A stretch of 63,458 nucleotides of DNA from Anaerolineales bacterium (lineage in GTDB: Bacteria > Chloroflexota > Anaerolineae > Anaerolineales > E44-bin32), in NCBI GenBank assembly GCA_046259355.1, contig JBJYWH010000298.1, positions 10,895 through 74,352 of the forward strand, written 5' to 3'. Shown here piece after piece: positions 50,183 through 59,570 of this stretch; the stretch's first letter is position 1; each line of letters opens with the position of its first letter. Under the pieces are notes generated by a model, which was given only the letters and a program-made list of their open reading frames with translations, was not told the origin of the DNA and ran no database searches. A program made the translations under genes and the position numbers.

Positions 50183-51361
50183 ATGAGTCTTGACCTGCCC
50201 GAACTGCTTCCTCAGGTGCAACAACTGAGCCAATCTGTTCAAACGCAGCAATCCCGGCGCGCGGAACAGCTGCAGGCAGCCCTTGCTGCCTACCGCAGCC
50301 TGCTCGAGCTGCCCCCGGATGAACTCCATCACCGGCTGACACAGGCTGGAAGCCGCTGGACCGGCGCCCGGCCGTCCCATGACGCGCTGGATGAGAGCTT
50401 CCCGCCGCCTCCCTCGACCCCGGGCCTGTACGTGATCGGTGCCGACGGATCCCAGATCTATCCCGACCGGCACGCGGCGGCGTTCTTCTTTCTGGTCAAT
50501 CTGGCCGGAATTTGCCTGCAGCACGGTTCGGAATCCGCCCCGCGGACGCAGACCAGCACCCGTCTTTACTTCGAACCGGAGCAGCTCCGGTATGAGAGCG
50601 ACCTGCCGGTGGAAAGCGCATGGGTCAACCTGCAGCGCGACCTGGGCGAGATGAGCATGCTGGCCGATCTGGCGGAAGGAGCTCTTGAGGGTCACGGCCT
50701 GGCGCTTCTGGACAACAGCCTGCTGCTGTGGATGCTGCTGCAGGCGCGCGGGGCCGGTGAGCGGGAGCTGGACCGGATCCTGAAGGCGTATCTGGACGCC
50801 ATGCGCAGGCTGCAGGCTTCGGGCGCCGCGCTGGCTGGCATCGTCGACCGGCCGCGCAGCAGCAACGTGCTGGCTCTTGCTGGCCTGGCAAGCCCGAGCG
50901 ATGAAGGAATGGAGACCGAAGAAACCCAACGGCCCCCGTTTCCAGGCCTCACCGACCTTGATCTCTACCTGCAGCTGCTTCCGGAAGGATCCCGCAGCCC
51001 GTGTTTCGAACTGGTATCTCCGCTCAATCGGGACTTCAGCACAGCCGGGCAGGCGGTCCACTTCTTCTACCTGCATATTGCGAATGAGCAGCTGCTGCGG
51101 GTGGAGGTGCCGGACTGGGTCGCCAGCGACCGGGCGCTGCTGGACCGCGTGCACGCCGGACTGCTGCGTGAAGGCCAATCGACCGGCGGCTATCCGTATG
51201 TGCTGGTTCGAGCTCACGAACTGGCCGTGGTGACCCAGGCGGAACGATCGCTGGTCGAGGAATGGATCGGCCGCGAGCTCAGCGCCCGTGGCATACCCCC
51301 GGCCCGCTCGCGTAAGTCGCAGGCAAAGACACTGACCTCCGGCGTTGGGCGCCGGCGATGA
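50183..51361 (+). CDS. nurA: NurA-like nuclease
   Basis: 392 aa. VIGADGSQIYPDRH resembles the NurA catalytic Asp motif, with a second LLDNSLLL segment. It lies in an operon with a HerA-like ATPase. Confidence 0.65.
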   Translation: MSLDLPELLPQVQQLSQSVQTQQSRRAEQLQAALAAYRSLLELPPDELHHRLTQAGSRWTGARPSHDALDESFPPPPSTPGLYVIGADGSQIYPDRHAAAFFFLVNLAGICLQHGSESAPRTQTSTRLYFEPEQLRYESDLPVESAWVNLQRDLGEMSMLADLAEGALEGHGLALLDNSLLLWMLLQARGAGERELDRILKAYLDAMRRLQASGAALAGIVDRPRSSNVLALAGLASPSDEGMETEETQRPPFPGLTDLDLYLQLLPEGSRSPCFELVSPLNRDFSTAGQAVHFFYLHIANEQLLRVEVPDWVASDRALLDRVHAGLLREGQSTGGYPYVLVRAHELAVVTQAERSLVEEWIGRELSARGIPPARSRKSQAKTLTSGVGRRR

Positions 51362-51969
51362 TTGGAGACATCCCCATGCCTGAAACGACCGGTCCGATCG
51401 GACGCATAACCCGCTGCAGCACGCAGTTGTTTTCCGGGGCCGTGCATCCTTCCGCGCTGTCCCGGCCCGCGTTCGGCGCATTCTGCCAGGCCGAGGACAC
51501 GGCCGGCGAGATCAAGGTCATCGGTGTGATTTACGATCTGCGCATCGAGGATGATCCGCTTGCGCGCCAGATGGCCGCCCTGGAGGACCTGCCAGCCGAA
51601 CAACTGGCGGACGCGCAGAAAAACCGTCAGGCACCGGTCGAATTCAGCGCGCTGACGGTGGGTTATGAGCAAGGGGATCGGATCATCTATGCTCTCCCGC
51701 CCCGGCCGCCGCTCACGCTCTCGCCGGTTTTTCTGCTCTCGGGGCAGGACCTGCTTCGATTCACCGGAGAGGCCAGCTTTGCCCGCCTGATCCTGGCGAG
51801 CCCCAATCTTCCGTCCGAACAGCTGCTGGCCGCGGCCCTGCGCTCCGCGATCGCTGCCCGGCCGGAAGGCGATCGCGATCGCTACCAACTGCTCGCCGGG
51901 CGGACCGTTGCCCGGCTGCTGGCCGGCGATCTGCCGCGCCTGGAAAATGTCCTGGGGGCGCTGCGATAG
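51358..51969 (+). CDS. hypothetical protein, HAS-barrel-like N-terminus
   Basis: 203 aa. The ATGA start overlaps the nurA stop. The N-terminal GPIGRITRCSTQLFSGAV...EIKVIGVIYDLRIED resembles the barrel that precedes HerA ATPase domains. There is no P-loop. Confidence 0.5.
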   Translation: MIGDIPMPETTGPIGRITRCSTQLFSGAVHPSALSRPAFGAFCQAEDTAGEIKVIGVIYDLRIEDDPLARQMAALEDLPAEQLADAQKNRQAPVEFSALTVGYEQGDRIIYALPPRPPLTLSPVFLLSGQDLLRFTGEASFARLILASPNLPSEQLLAAALRSAIAARPEGDRDRYQLLAGRTVARLLAGDLPRLENVLGALR

Positions 51970-52018
51970 GTGCTCTTGAGCGTGAAGATGGCCGGTTTGA
52001 ATCCACTTTCAACGGAGT

Positions 52019-53677
52019 ATGGACCGCATGAGCGAAACGCCCCGTCTCGATGAAGTCTTTGGACCCGCGCGGTCCGAGCGCCCGCTGGGCCAGGTGATGG
52101 AGGGATCGCTCTCCACCGGCCTGAAGGTCCGCCTCGACCCCGGTTTCACGCTCGAACGCATGGCGGTTGGGCGATACGTCGTCATTCTCGGCCGCCAGAC
52201 CGGGATCACCTTCTTTGGCTTGATTACCGATATCGCCCTCGAAGCGAGCGATCCCGGCCTGATCCACCGTCCGCCGCAGGCCGACGACCGCCTGTCGCTC
52301 GACGTCTACCTGGGCGAGGTCGCTTACGGCACGCTGCACGTCAGCCCGATGCTGATGCTGGAGGCCGACCAGGACCAGCCCCGCCCGATCAAGACCATTC
52401 CGACACATTTCTCGCACGTCTACGAAGCCTCGGCCCAGGACGTCGCGCGCGTCTTCGGAGAGGAAGACGAAACGCACTTCTTCGTCGGCACGCCGCTCGA
52501 CATGGAAGCCGTGCAGGTCAACCTCGACCTGGGGCGCTTCGTCGAGCGCTCGTCGGGTGTTTTCGGCAAGACCGGCACCGGAAAATCCTTCATCACGCGC
52601 ACGATCCTGGCCGGCATCGTCCAATCGGGATTGGCCTCGACCCTCATCTTCGACATGCACAACGACTACGGCTGGAGCGTGAAGGACGAGAGCGGCCGGG
52701 CGTACAAGGGCCTGCGCCAGCTCTTCCAGGATGGGCGGGTGAGCGTGATCACGCTGGATGAGAATACCTCGCGCGCCCGCGGCAGCAAGATCGATGGACG
52801 GCTCACGATCGGCTACGAGGATCTCGAACCGGAGGATGTCGAGATGCTGGCCTCGCTGCTCGGCCTGACCGACGTCCAAACCCAGGCGCTTTACTTCCTG
52901 CACCGTCGGCTGGGGGTGGACTGGATCAGCCGGTTGATGAGCGAGAGCGGCGAGGAGGACGAGCTGCAGGAGATGATCGACAGCGGCCGCATCGTGGCCG
53001 GGACGCTGGGCGCCATCCGGCGAAAATTCGAGTCGTTCTTCCCGCGCATGGGATTCCTCGTCCCGGGGAGCGCCAACCAGTCCGTGGATGATGTCTTTCA
53101 ACGCCTGAGCATGGGCACGAGCGTCGTGCTCGAGTTCGGGAATTACGGCAACACGCTGGCGGCCTACGTGCTGGTGGCGAACTACCTTACCCGCCGCATC
53201 CATGCCCGCTACGTCCACCTAAAAAACCTGGCGGCAGGACAGAAAGCGGAAGAGCCGCGTCCGCTCGTGATCGTGATCGAGGAGGCGCACAAGTTCCTCG
53301 ATCCGCAGGTCGCCGGCCATACCATCTTCGGCACCATCGCCCGCGAGCTGCGCAAGTACAACGTGACGCTGCTGATCGTCGACCAACGACCGAGCGGGAT
53401 CGAAGACGAGGTGATGAGCCAGATCGGCACGCGCGTGACCTGCCTGCTCGATAACGACGCCGACATCCGGGCGGTCTTCTCCGGCGTGAGCGGGGCCGGC
53501 GCGCTGCGGGAGGTGCTCGCCCGGCTCGACACCCGCCAGCAGGCCTTGATCCTCGGGCACGCGGTGCCGATGCCGGTCGTGGTGCGCACGCGCGATTACG
53601 ACCAGGATTTCTACGCCTCGATCACCGGCGTGGCAGCCGGCAGCGCTTCGGCCGGCGAATCGCTCTTCGGCGAATGA
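52019..53677 (+). CDS. herA: HerA/FtsK-like hexameric ATPase (DUF87-type)
   Basis: 552 aa. It has a HAS-barrel-like N-terminus (GQVMEGSLSTGLKVRLD..GRYVVILG), Walker A GVFGKTGTGKSF, Walker B LVIVIEEAHKFL, and LLIVDQRPS. GGAG SD lies upstream. Confidence 0.8.
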   Translation: MDRMSETPRLDEVFGPARSERPLGQVMEGSLSTGLKVRLDPGFTLERMAVGRYVVILGRQTGITFFGLITDIALEASDPGLIHRPPQADDRLSLDVYLGEVAYGTLHVSPMLMLEADQDQPRPIKTIPTHFSHVYEASAQDVARVFGEEDETHFFVGTPLDMEAVQVNLDLGRFVERSSGVFGKTGTGKSFITRTILAGIVQSGLASTLIFDMHNDYGWSVKDESGRAYKGLRQLFQDGRVSVITLDENTSRARGSKIDGRLTIGYEDLEPEDVEMLASLLGLTDVQTQALYFLHRRLGVDWISRLMSESGEEDELQEMIDSGRIVAGTLGAIRRKFESFFPRMGFLVPGSANQSVDDVFQRLSMGTSVVLEFGNYGNTLAAYVLVANYLTRRIHARYVHLKNLAAGQKAEEPRPLVIVIEEAHKFLDPQVAGHTIFGTIARELRKYNVTLLIVDQRPSGIEDEVMSQIGTRVTCLLDNDADIRAVFSGVSGAGALREVLARLDTRQQALILGHAVPMPVVVRTRDYDQDFYASITGVAAGSASAGESLFGE

Positions 53678-53692
53678 TTTTCGGGACGGACA

Positions 53693-54250
53693 TCAGGCTT
53701 CGGGCTCAGCCAGCAGCTGCCGGATGGCGGCTTCCGTTTGCTCGTACGCGCCTTCTCCAATTTGCACGTAGCGCAGGTTCCCACCCCGGTCGATCAGGTA
53801 GACCGTCGGCCAGTAGTGATTTTCGTACGCCCGCCAGGTGCTTCCCTGGTTATCCTGGGCGACCGGGTACGTGATTTCCCAGCGCTGGACGGCATCTCTC
53901 AGGTTCTGGATGTCCTTCTCATAGGAGAACTCAGGGTAATGGTTGCCGATCACAACCAGGCCCTGATCGCGGTAGGCCTGGTACCATGCCTGCAGGTGGG
54001 GGATCACATGCTGGCAGTTCACGCATCCAAAGGTCCACATCTCGAGCAGCACAACCCGCCCGCGCAGATCGGCCAGCCGCAGTGGATGGTCGCTGTTCAG
54101 CCAGGTCTCGTTCTGGAGTTCAGGTGCCGGGCCAAGATCCGGAAGCGCAACCAGGGTCGGATCCACGGGAAAATCTGAACCACGCGATTCATCAGCCGTA
54201 CATGCGCTCGAGAGAATCAAACATACCAGCACGATGAAAATTCGCAGCAC
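53693..54250 (-). CDS. TlpA/redoxin-family thiol:disulfide oxidoreductase lipoprotein
   Basis: 185 aa. The lipobox is LSSAC and the thioredoxin-fold CxxC is WTFGCVNCQ. Confidence 0.8.
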   Translation of the reverse strand: MLRIFIVLVCLILSSACTADESRGSDFPVDPTLVALPDLGPAPELQNETWLNSDHPLRLADLRGRVVLLEMWTFGCVNCQHVIPHLQAWYQAYRDQGLVVIGNHYPEFSYEKDIQNLRDAVQRWEITYPVAQDNQGSTWRAYENHYWPTVYLIDRGGNLRYVQIGEGAYEQTEAAIRQLLAEPEA

Positions 54251-54264
54251 GGTTACCTCCGGAG

Positions 54265-55509
54265 TTACTCCGTGGATTGTGGAAGGACAAACTGAAGGGT
54301 GGTCCCGCGGCCCGGGCTGCTCTCCAACCAGATCCGCCCACCATGCGCCTCGACCAGCCCGCGGGCGATCGCCAGACCCAATCCTGCCCCCCCTTCACCG
54401 GCGCCACGCGCCCGGCTGGCGTCCCCGCGAAAGAAGGGCTCGAAAACATGCCCCTGATCATCCGGGCTCACGCCTTCCCCGGTATCGCTGATCGCGACGA
54501 TGACGATCTCCCCCATTCTCTGCGCGTTCACACGGATCTCGCCGCCCCCGGGGGTGTGCCGGAGAGCGTTCTCGAGCAGGTTGTGCAGCACACGGCCGAC
54601 CTCACGCGGGGCGATACGCACCGGGTCCACGTCATCCTCGACATGACCATCGAGCCGGACGCCTTTCACATCGGCCCGGGCACGGAAGCTGCCGATGGAA
54701 TCCGAGATCAAATCGGAGAGCGAAGCGGCCTGGAACTCGAGCGTTAGCTCGCCAGAATCCAACCGTGAAAGTTCAAAGAGCTCATCGATCAAATCGCTCA
54801 TGGCGTTGATCTCGACCTGGCACTGACGCAGGTAGCGTGCGCGCGTGCTTTCGTCCACGACCACGCCTTCACTGAGCGCATCGATCATCGCCCGCAAGGA
54901 GGTCAGGGGCGTGCGCAGGTCATGGGAAACCCAGGCCACGAAATCGCGGCGGGCGTTTTCAATCCGGCGCGCTTCCCGGTCGGCGCGCTCGAGGCGGGCG
55001 GCCATCTCGTTGAAGGCACGCGCCAGGCTGGCGACCTCATCCCGGCCGCTCTCCTGGATGCGGGTCGAAAAGTCTCCCTGGCTGATGCGTCCGGTGGCTT
55101 GAGCGATGTTTACCAGCGCGCGCGACAGGGTTCGCGCCAGGAGAGCGCCAAAGGCGATCGAAATTCCGCTCGCGAAGAGCAGCAGCAGCCCGGCCAGCGC
55201 CAGGTCGTGCTTGTTGATGAACATCAGCCGGGCCGTCACCCAGACGTTCAGCAGCATAATCGCCGCCGCCAGCACATAGCCAAGCGTGATCGTCCGGCTC
55301 AGGCTTCCCACTTTGCGCCAGAGTCCGGCACGATGCGTGAGATAGGCGATGCCCCCCGAGAGCAGGGCTGTGAGACCCGAGGAGAGCGCCAGCAGCCGCA
55401 GGTCGCTCCACGGCGGTCGCATCACGAGCAGCACCAGCAGGACAAAGGCCAGCAGGGGTGTCAGCACACCCAGGAGAATCGCCAGGAGCGGATACCTCTC
55501 GCGCTTCAT
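54265..55509 (-). CDS. sensor histidine kinase (2 TM, HAMP, HisKA, HATPase_c)
   Basis: The start is MKRERYPLLAIL (ATGA overlap with the regulator stop). The H-box is VSHDLRTPLTS, the N-box is NLLENALRH, and the G-boxes are DTGEGV and GLGLAIARGLV. Confidence 0.85.
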   Translation of the reverse strand: MKRERYPLLAILLGVLTPLLAFVLLVLLVMRPPWSDLRLLALSSGLTALLSGGIAYLTHRAGLWRKVGSLSRTITLGYVLAAAIMLLNVWVTARLMFINKHDLALAGLLLLFASGISIAFGALLARTLSRALVNIAQATGRISQGDFSTRIQESGRDEVASLARAFNEMAARLERADREARRIENARRDFVAWVSHDLRTPLTSLRAMIDALSEGVVVDESTRARYLRQCQVEINAMSDLIDELFELSRLDSGELTLEFQAASLSDLISDSIGSFRARADVKGVRLDGHVEDDVDPVRIAPREVGRVLHNLLENALRHTPGGGEIRVNAQRMGEIVIVAISDTGEGVSPDDQGHVFEPFFRGDASRARGAGEGGAGLGLAIARGLVEAHGGRIWLESSPGRGTTLQFVLPQSTE

Positions 55510-56198
55510 TCTGACTCCTGGAATTTGTAGCCAACGCCCCACACGGTGATCAGGTGGACCGGGTTGGAAGGATCGGATTCAATCTTCTCCCGCAGCCGGC
55601 GAATATGCACGGTCACGGTCGACGGGTCGCCCAAAAACTCAAAACCCCACACCTGGTCGAGCAGCTGGTCGCGCGAGAAAACCTGCCTTGGATGACGCAT
55701 CAGGTGGTAGAGCAGATCGAACTCCTTGGCCGTCAGGTCGACGACCTGATCATGGATCTGCAGCGTGTGGGTTCCGGGATCAAGCATCAACTCGCCACTG
55801 GAAAGCGGCTCGGTGTCAATTTGATTTTCTCCGGAGGAGCGCCGCAGCACGGCGCCTACCCGCAGGACCAGCTCGCGCGGGCTGAATGGTTTTACGACAT
55901 AGTCATCCACGCCGCGTTCGAGTCCCAGGATGCGGTCATTCTGGGCCCCCTTGGCGGTCAGCATGATGATCGGCACCTTCTTCAAACGACGCAGTTCATC
56001 CGCGACGTCCAGGCCATCCGATCCGGGAAGCATCCAATCCAGGACCACCAGCGCCGGGAGCGCGTCCTGGAATGCCTGCAGCGCCTCCCGGCCATCGCCT
56101 GCTTCGGCAACCCGGTAGCCTTCCCGTTCGAGATAGCGCCGCAGCACTTCCCGGACGGTGTCCTCGTCGTCGACTACGAGCACGAGCGGTTTCACCAT
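55506..56198 (-). CDS. OmpR-family response regulator
   Basis: The start is MVKPLVLVVDDE (AGGA SD); the ORF-track TTG is at 56210. The receiver motif is LVVLDWMLPGSDG and the wHTH is ..TVHIRRLREKIE..ITVWGVGYKF. Confidence 0.9.
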   Translation of the reverse strand: MVKPLVLVVDDEDTVREVLRRYLEREGYRVAEAGDGREALQAFQDALPALVVLDWMLPGSDGLDVADELRRLKKVPIIMLTAKGAQNDRILGLERGVDDYVVKPFSPRELVLRVGAVLRRSSGENQIDTEPLSSGELMLDPGTHTLQIHDQVVDLTAKEFDLLYHLMRHPRQVFSRDQLLDQVWGFEFLGDPSTVTVHIRRLREKIESDPSNPVHLITVWGVGYKFQESE

Positions 56199-56356
56199 CG
56201 ATCCTTTCAACGCCCTTTGTGGATTTCACGCCCGCTGCAGTGGAGGAGGCCTGGAATCCGCCGTGACGTTTTTCGGAACCATTATGCCTCCCAAATCTTA
56301 CCCCGACCTTAATGAAGGTGCCGCAAATCAGCATGGATTCTATAGAACATATGTGC

Positions 56357-56362
56357 TATACT
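56357..56362 (+). promoter_or_regulatory. extended -10 (TGcTATACT) 6 nt upstream of ATG 56369; leaderless-type start
   Basis: No SD intervenes. Confidence 0.45.
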
Positions 56363-56368
56363 GGGGGC

Positions 56369-57577
56369 ATGGATGCGGTCGACAAGCTGGCGTATACAGC
56401 CCAGGCTGCGATCTTCGAGCAGGATGGCAGCGAATCAGCGGGGGCAGGCTGCGCCGGCTACCTTCCTGCAGGAAGTACAGCATCCGGCGTGGCCTTTCGC
56501 GGTCACACGATTCCGGTTTACCAGGCAGCGTTTCCTGGCGGACGGCGCTTCCCCCTCTTGAAGGCGATGCTGACCACGGCCTGCGAGCGCGGCTGCAATT
56601 ACTGCTCGTTTCGAGCCGGGCGTGATATGCGCCGGGTGACGCTCAAGCCGGAGGAAATGGCGCAGGTCTTCTTCGATGCCCAGCGTGCCGGGATTGTCTC
56701 GGGCCTGTTTCTCTCCACCGGGATGTTCGCCGGCGGGCCCAATACCCAGAACAAGCTGCTGGACTGCGCCGAGATCCTGCGCCGGCGGCTCGGGTTTCGC
56801 GGCTACCTGCACCTGAAGCTGATGCCGGGAGTCGAACGCGGGCAGGTCATGCGGGCGATGGAGCTCGCCGACCGGGTTTCGATCAACCTGGAAGCCCCCA
56901 ATCCGGAGCGCCTGGCCTTCCTGGCCCCCGGGAAGCAGTTTTCCAGCGAACTGTTTGAGCCGCTGCGCTGGGCGGAGGCGATCCGCCGCGAGCACTCCCC
57001 CGAGCACGCGTTCAAGGGCACCTGGGCTTCGACCACGACCCAATTCGTGGTCGGTGCGGCCGGCGAGAGCGATCTCGAACTGCTGAGCACCGTCGAGCGG
57101 CTTTTCAAGCAGTTCAAGCTGCGCCGCACCTATTTCGAGGCCTTCAACCCGGTCGCGGATACCCCGCTCGAGAACCATCCGCCTGAAAACCCCACCCGCC
57201 AGCAGCGGCTGTATGAAGCCTCCTACCTGCTGCGGGATTACGGCTTCGACCTGGAAGAGCTGGCGTTCGAATCCAGCGGCCGGCTGCCGCTCGATCGCGA
57301 CCCCAAACTGTGCTACGCAGACCAGGTGCTGCGGACGAATCCGGTCGAGTTGAACCGGGCCGAGCCCGGACAATTGATGCGCGTCCCCGGGATTGGCCCG
57401 AAGGGCTGCGAGCGGATCGTGCGCGCCCGGCATGAGCGCCGGCTGGTCGACCTGAGCCAGCTGCGCCGGATGGGGATCCTGGCCGAGCGCGCCGCGCCCT
57501 ACATCCTGCTCGACGGCCGGATGCCCGCCCGCCAGCTGCCGCTCTTCCCTGTCGAGCAATCCATCCCGCAGGCATGA
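56369..57577 (+). CDS. radical SAM protein of the putative DNA modification/repair type, with C-terminal HhH
   Basis: The start is MDAVDKLAYTAQ; the ORF-track frame begins at 56312. The CxxxCxxC cluster is CERGCNYC and the C-terminal HhH is LMRVPGIGPKGCERIVRAR. It resembles the TIGR03916-type family, from memory. Confidence 0.75.
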   Translation: MDAVDKLAYTAQAAIFEQDGSESAGAGCAGYLPAGSTASGVAFRGHTIPVYQAAFPGGRRFPLLKAMLTTACERGCNYCSFRAGRDMRRVTLKPEEMAQVFFDAQRAGIVSGLFLSTGMFAGGPNTQNKLLDCAEILRRRLGFRGYLHLKLMPGVERGQVMRAMELADRVSINLEAPNPERLAFLAPGKQFSSELFEPLRWAEAIRREHSPEHAFKGTWASTTTQFVVGAAGESDLELLSTVERLFKQFKLRRTYFEAFNPVADTPLENHPPENPTRQQRLYEASYLLRDYGFDLEELAFESSGRLPLDRDPKLCYADQVLRTNPVELNRAEPGQLMRVPGIGPKGCERIVRARHERRLVDLSQLRRMGILAERAAPYILLDGRMPARQLPLFPVEQSIPQA

Positions 57578-57656
57578 AGCGGGAATCCACCGACCCGATC
57601 GGTGACCGGGAGCAGCGCTCCCGACCTCCTCAAAGTGTCTTTGACTCTGGCCCCGA

Positions 57657-57689
57657 ACAAAAAAGGGCTGCCTGTGTGACAGACAGCCC
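57657..57689 (-). terminator. intrinsic terminator after ferritin
   Basis: The hairpin is at 57665-57689 (GGGCTGcCTGT / ACAGaCAGCCC). On the minus strand it is followed by TTTTTTGTT (plus A-run 57659-57664). Confidence 0.6.
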
Positions 57690-57710
57690 ACGAAACACAA
57701 TGCTGCAGGA

Positions 57711-58220
57711 TCAGGCCGCTTCACCGCCGGCGTGCGGATCACCCAATCGCTGCACGTAGCTCTCCACGAACAGCAGCTGGTCGCCGGCGCGCTTCACCAC
57801 GCCCAGCATCTGGTCCATCGTCGAGACCTCTTCCAGCTGCTCATCGACGAACCAGCGCAGGAAGTTCTGCGCGATGTGATCGTTCTGCTTGATGGCAAGC
57901 TCCATCAGGCTGTTGATCTGCTTGGTTACTTCCAGCTCCCAGTCAAGGGCCATCTGCAGCGCTTCCTCGGCCGTCTTGATTCCCGAAGGCGTGGCTGCGA
58001 TCTGCGGGATACTCACCTCGCCGCCAGCCTCCAGAATGTAGTGCACGAATTTCATCGCGTGCATGCGCTCTTCATCGGACTGGCGGAAGAAAAAACTCGA
58101 CAGCTCGGGCAGGTCCTCGCTCTCGAAATACGCGGCGATCTTGATGTACTGATTCGACGCGCCCAGCTCGCTGCCGATCTGTTTGTTCATCGCTTCGTTG
58201 AGTTCTTTACTGATAAGCAT
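57711..58220 (-). CDS. ftn: non-heme ferritin
   Basis: The start is MLISKELNEAMNKQIG (GGAGA SD); the ORF-track frame extends to 58277. Ferroxidase-centre residues lie in ..ELGASNQY.. , EERMHAMKF and ..DWELEV... Confidence 0.85.
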   Translation of the reverse strand: MLISKELNEAMNKQIGSELGASNQYIKIAAYFESEDLPELSSFFFRQSDEERMHAMKFVHYILEAGGEVSIPQIAATPSGIKTAEEALQMALDWELEVTKQINSLMELAIKQNDHIAQNFLRWFVDEQLEEVSTMDQMLGVVKRAGDQLLFVESYVQRLGDPHAGGEAA

Positions 58221-58349
58221 TTTGGTCTCCATTTCTACGGATGCGGTTTCCATGCAGCGGAACACTCGAAAATCCACCGCTGAAACCTTATTATCACGTA
58301 CGTTTGTTAGATGTACATAAATGCCTCAGGTTACACGGCATCCATGCGC

Positions 58350-59564
58350 TCACAGGCCGAGGTAGTCAAGCGCATACTGGGCATCGAGGTAATTCGGGTT
58401 GATCTTGAGCGCGGCCTCGAAATCCCCAACCGCACCGCGTGTATCGCCCAACCGGTAGCGAGCCCAGCCACGCCAGAGCAGCGATTCCTCCGCCTCGGCG
58501 GTACGCTCGAGGGTGGCATCCGCCAGCTTCATCACGTCCTCCGTGCGGCCGGCATGGAAATAGGCGATATAGGGACCGAACTGATAGCGGGTGAAACGCC
58601 ACGGCAGGCCCAGGCTGAAAGCCGTATCAAACGCTCCCGCAGCCTCTGCGTATTGCTCGAAGTAGACCAGGTTTGTCCCCAGGTTGAACCATGCGAAGGC
58701 ATTTTCTGGATTCGAGTCGATCGCCAGGCGGGCTTGCTCGATGGCTTTCTGGCGGTTCCCATCAGGGTCGAGATCATCACCCAGGATGGCCGCCAGGTCC
58801 GGTGGCTGATCAAGCGGGTAGACGTACATGTAGACGTGGTTGAACGCCTGCCAGGCCTGCTCGAGTTCGTCGTAGCGGATTACTTGATCCGGCCCGAGAA
58901 ACGTATCCTGGCCGGTGAAACGTCGATCCGTGTCGTTGTAGCCGGTGAGCAGCATGTAGTGCCCGGCCCAGCCGTTGTCCGGTCCGTCGCTCTCGATCAG
59001 GTAGCCCTTCTCGACGATCACCGGCAGACCGGCGGCCAGGAAACGCTTCAAGGTGTCGATCGTGCCGCCGACCCGAAAATCGGCCGCCAGCCAGCCGGCA
59101 TGGTTGCGGACGAAATACACCAGTTCATCGATGTTGACATTTTTATCACCCCGGTCGGGCTTTACCCGGTCGGAGATATCGAACTGGTCCCCGCCCCAAC
59201 CGAAGGTGCGCAGCGCGAGCGCCAGCGTGGCCGGGCCGCAGTTGTTCCAATCCTGCTTTTCCCATGCGGGAGCTGGGAGCTGGACCTGCGCTGGAAGCGG
59301 TGTCGGAGAGGGGGTTCGTGCCCATGGAATCCCGGTCGGGGTGGGCTGGGGCAAAGGGGATGGCCTGGGCGTCGGAGGAATAAATTCCGCCTCGCCCATC
59401 ACCGGGAGCTGCGCTCCGGGGTGCAGCCAGCCGCGCACAATCCCCGCCGCCGCGTCCAGGCGCCATTCCAGCCTGAATTTTACGGCGGGAATATGGTAGA
59501 CACCGGCCAGCATGCCGCCTGCCAAAACCATTCCAAGGGTAAACCAGACCACTCTAGTCCGCAT
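58350..59564 (-). CDS. membrane-anchored C39-like cysteine peptidase domain protein with C-terminal TPR repeats
   Basis: The start is MRTRVVWFTLGMVLAGGML. The catalytic-type Cys is in QDWNNCGPATLA and the His in GHYMLLTGY. The C-terminus has TPR-like helices (..YAEAAGAFDTAFSLG.., ..GDTRGAVGDFEAALKINPNY). Confidence 0.65.
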   Translation of the reverse strand: MRTRVVWFTLGMVLAGGMLAGVYHIPAVKFRLEWRLDAAAGIVRGWLHPGAQLPVMGEAEFIPPTPRPSPLPQPTPTGIPWARTPSPTPLPAQVQLPAPAWEKQDWNNCGPATLALALRTFGWGGDQFDISDRVKPDRGDKNVNIDELVYFVRNHAGWLAADFRVGGTIDTLKRFLAAGLPVIVEKGYLIESDGPDNGWAGHYMLLTGYNDTDRRFTGQDTFLGPDQVIRYDELEQAWQAFNHVYMYVYPLDQPPDLAAILGDDLDPDGNRQKAIEQARLAIDSNPENAFAWFNLGTNLVYFEQYAEAAGAFDTAFSLGLPWRFTRYQFGPYIAYFHAGRTEDVMKLADATLERTAEAEESLLWRGWARYRLGDTRGAVGDFEAALKINPNYLDAQYALDYLGL

Positions 59565-59570
59565 TCTGGT

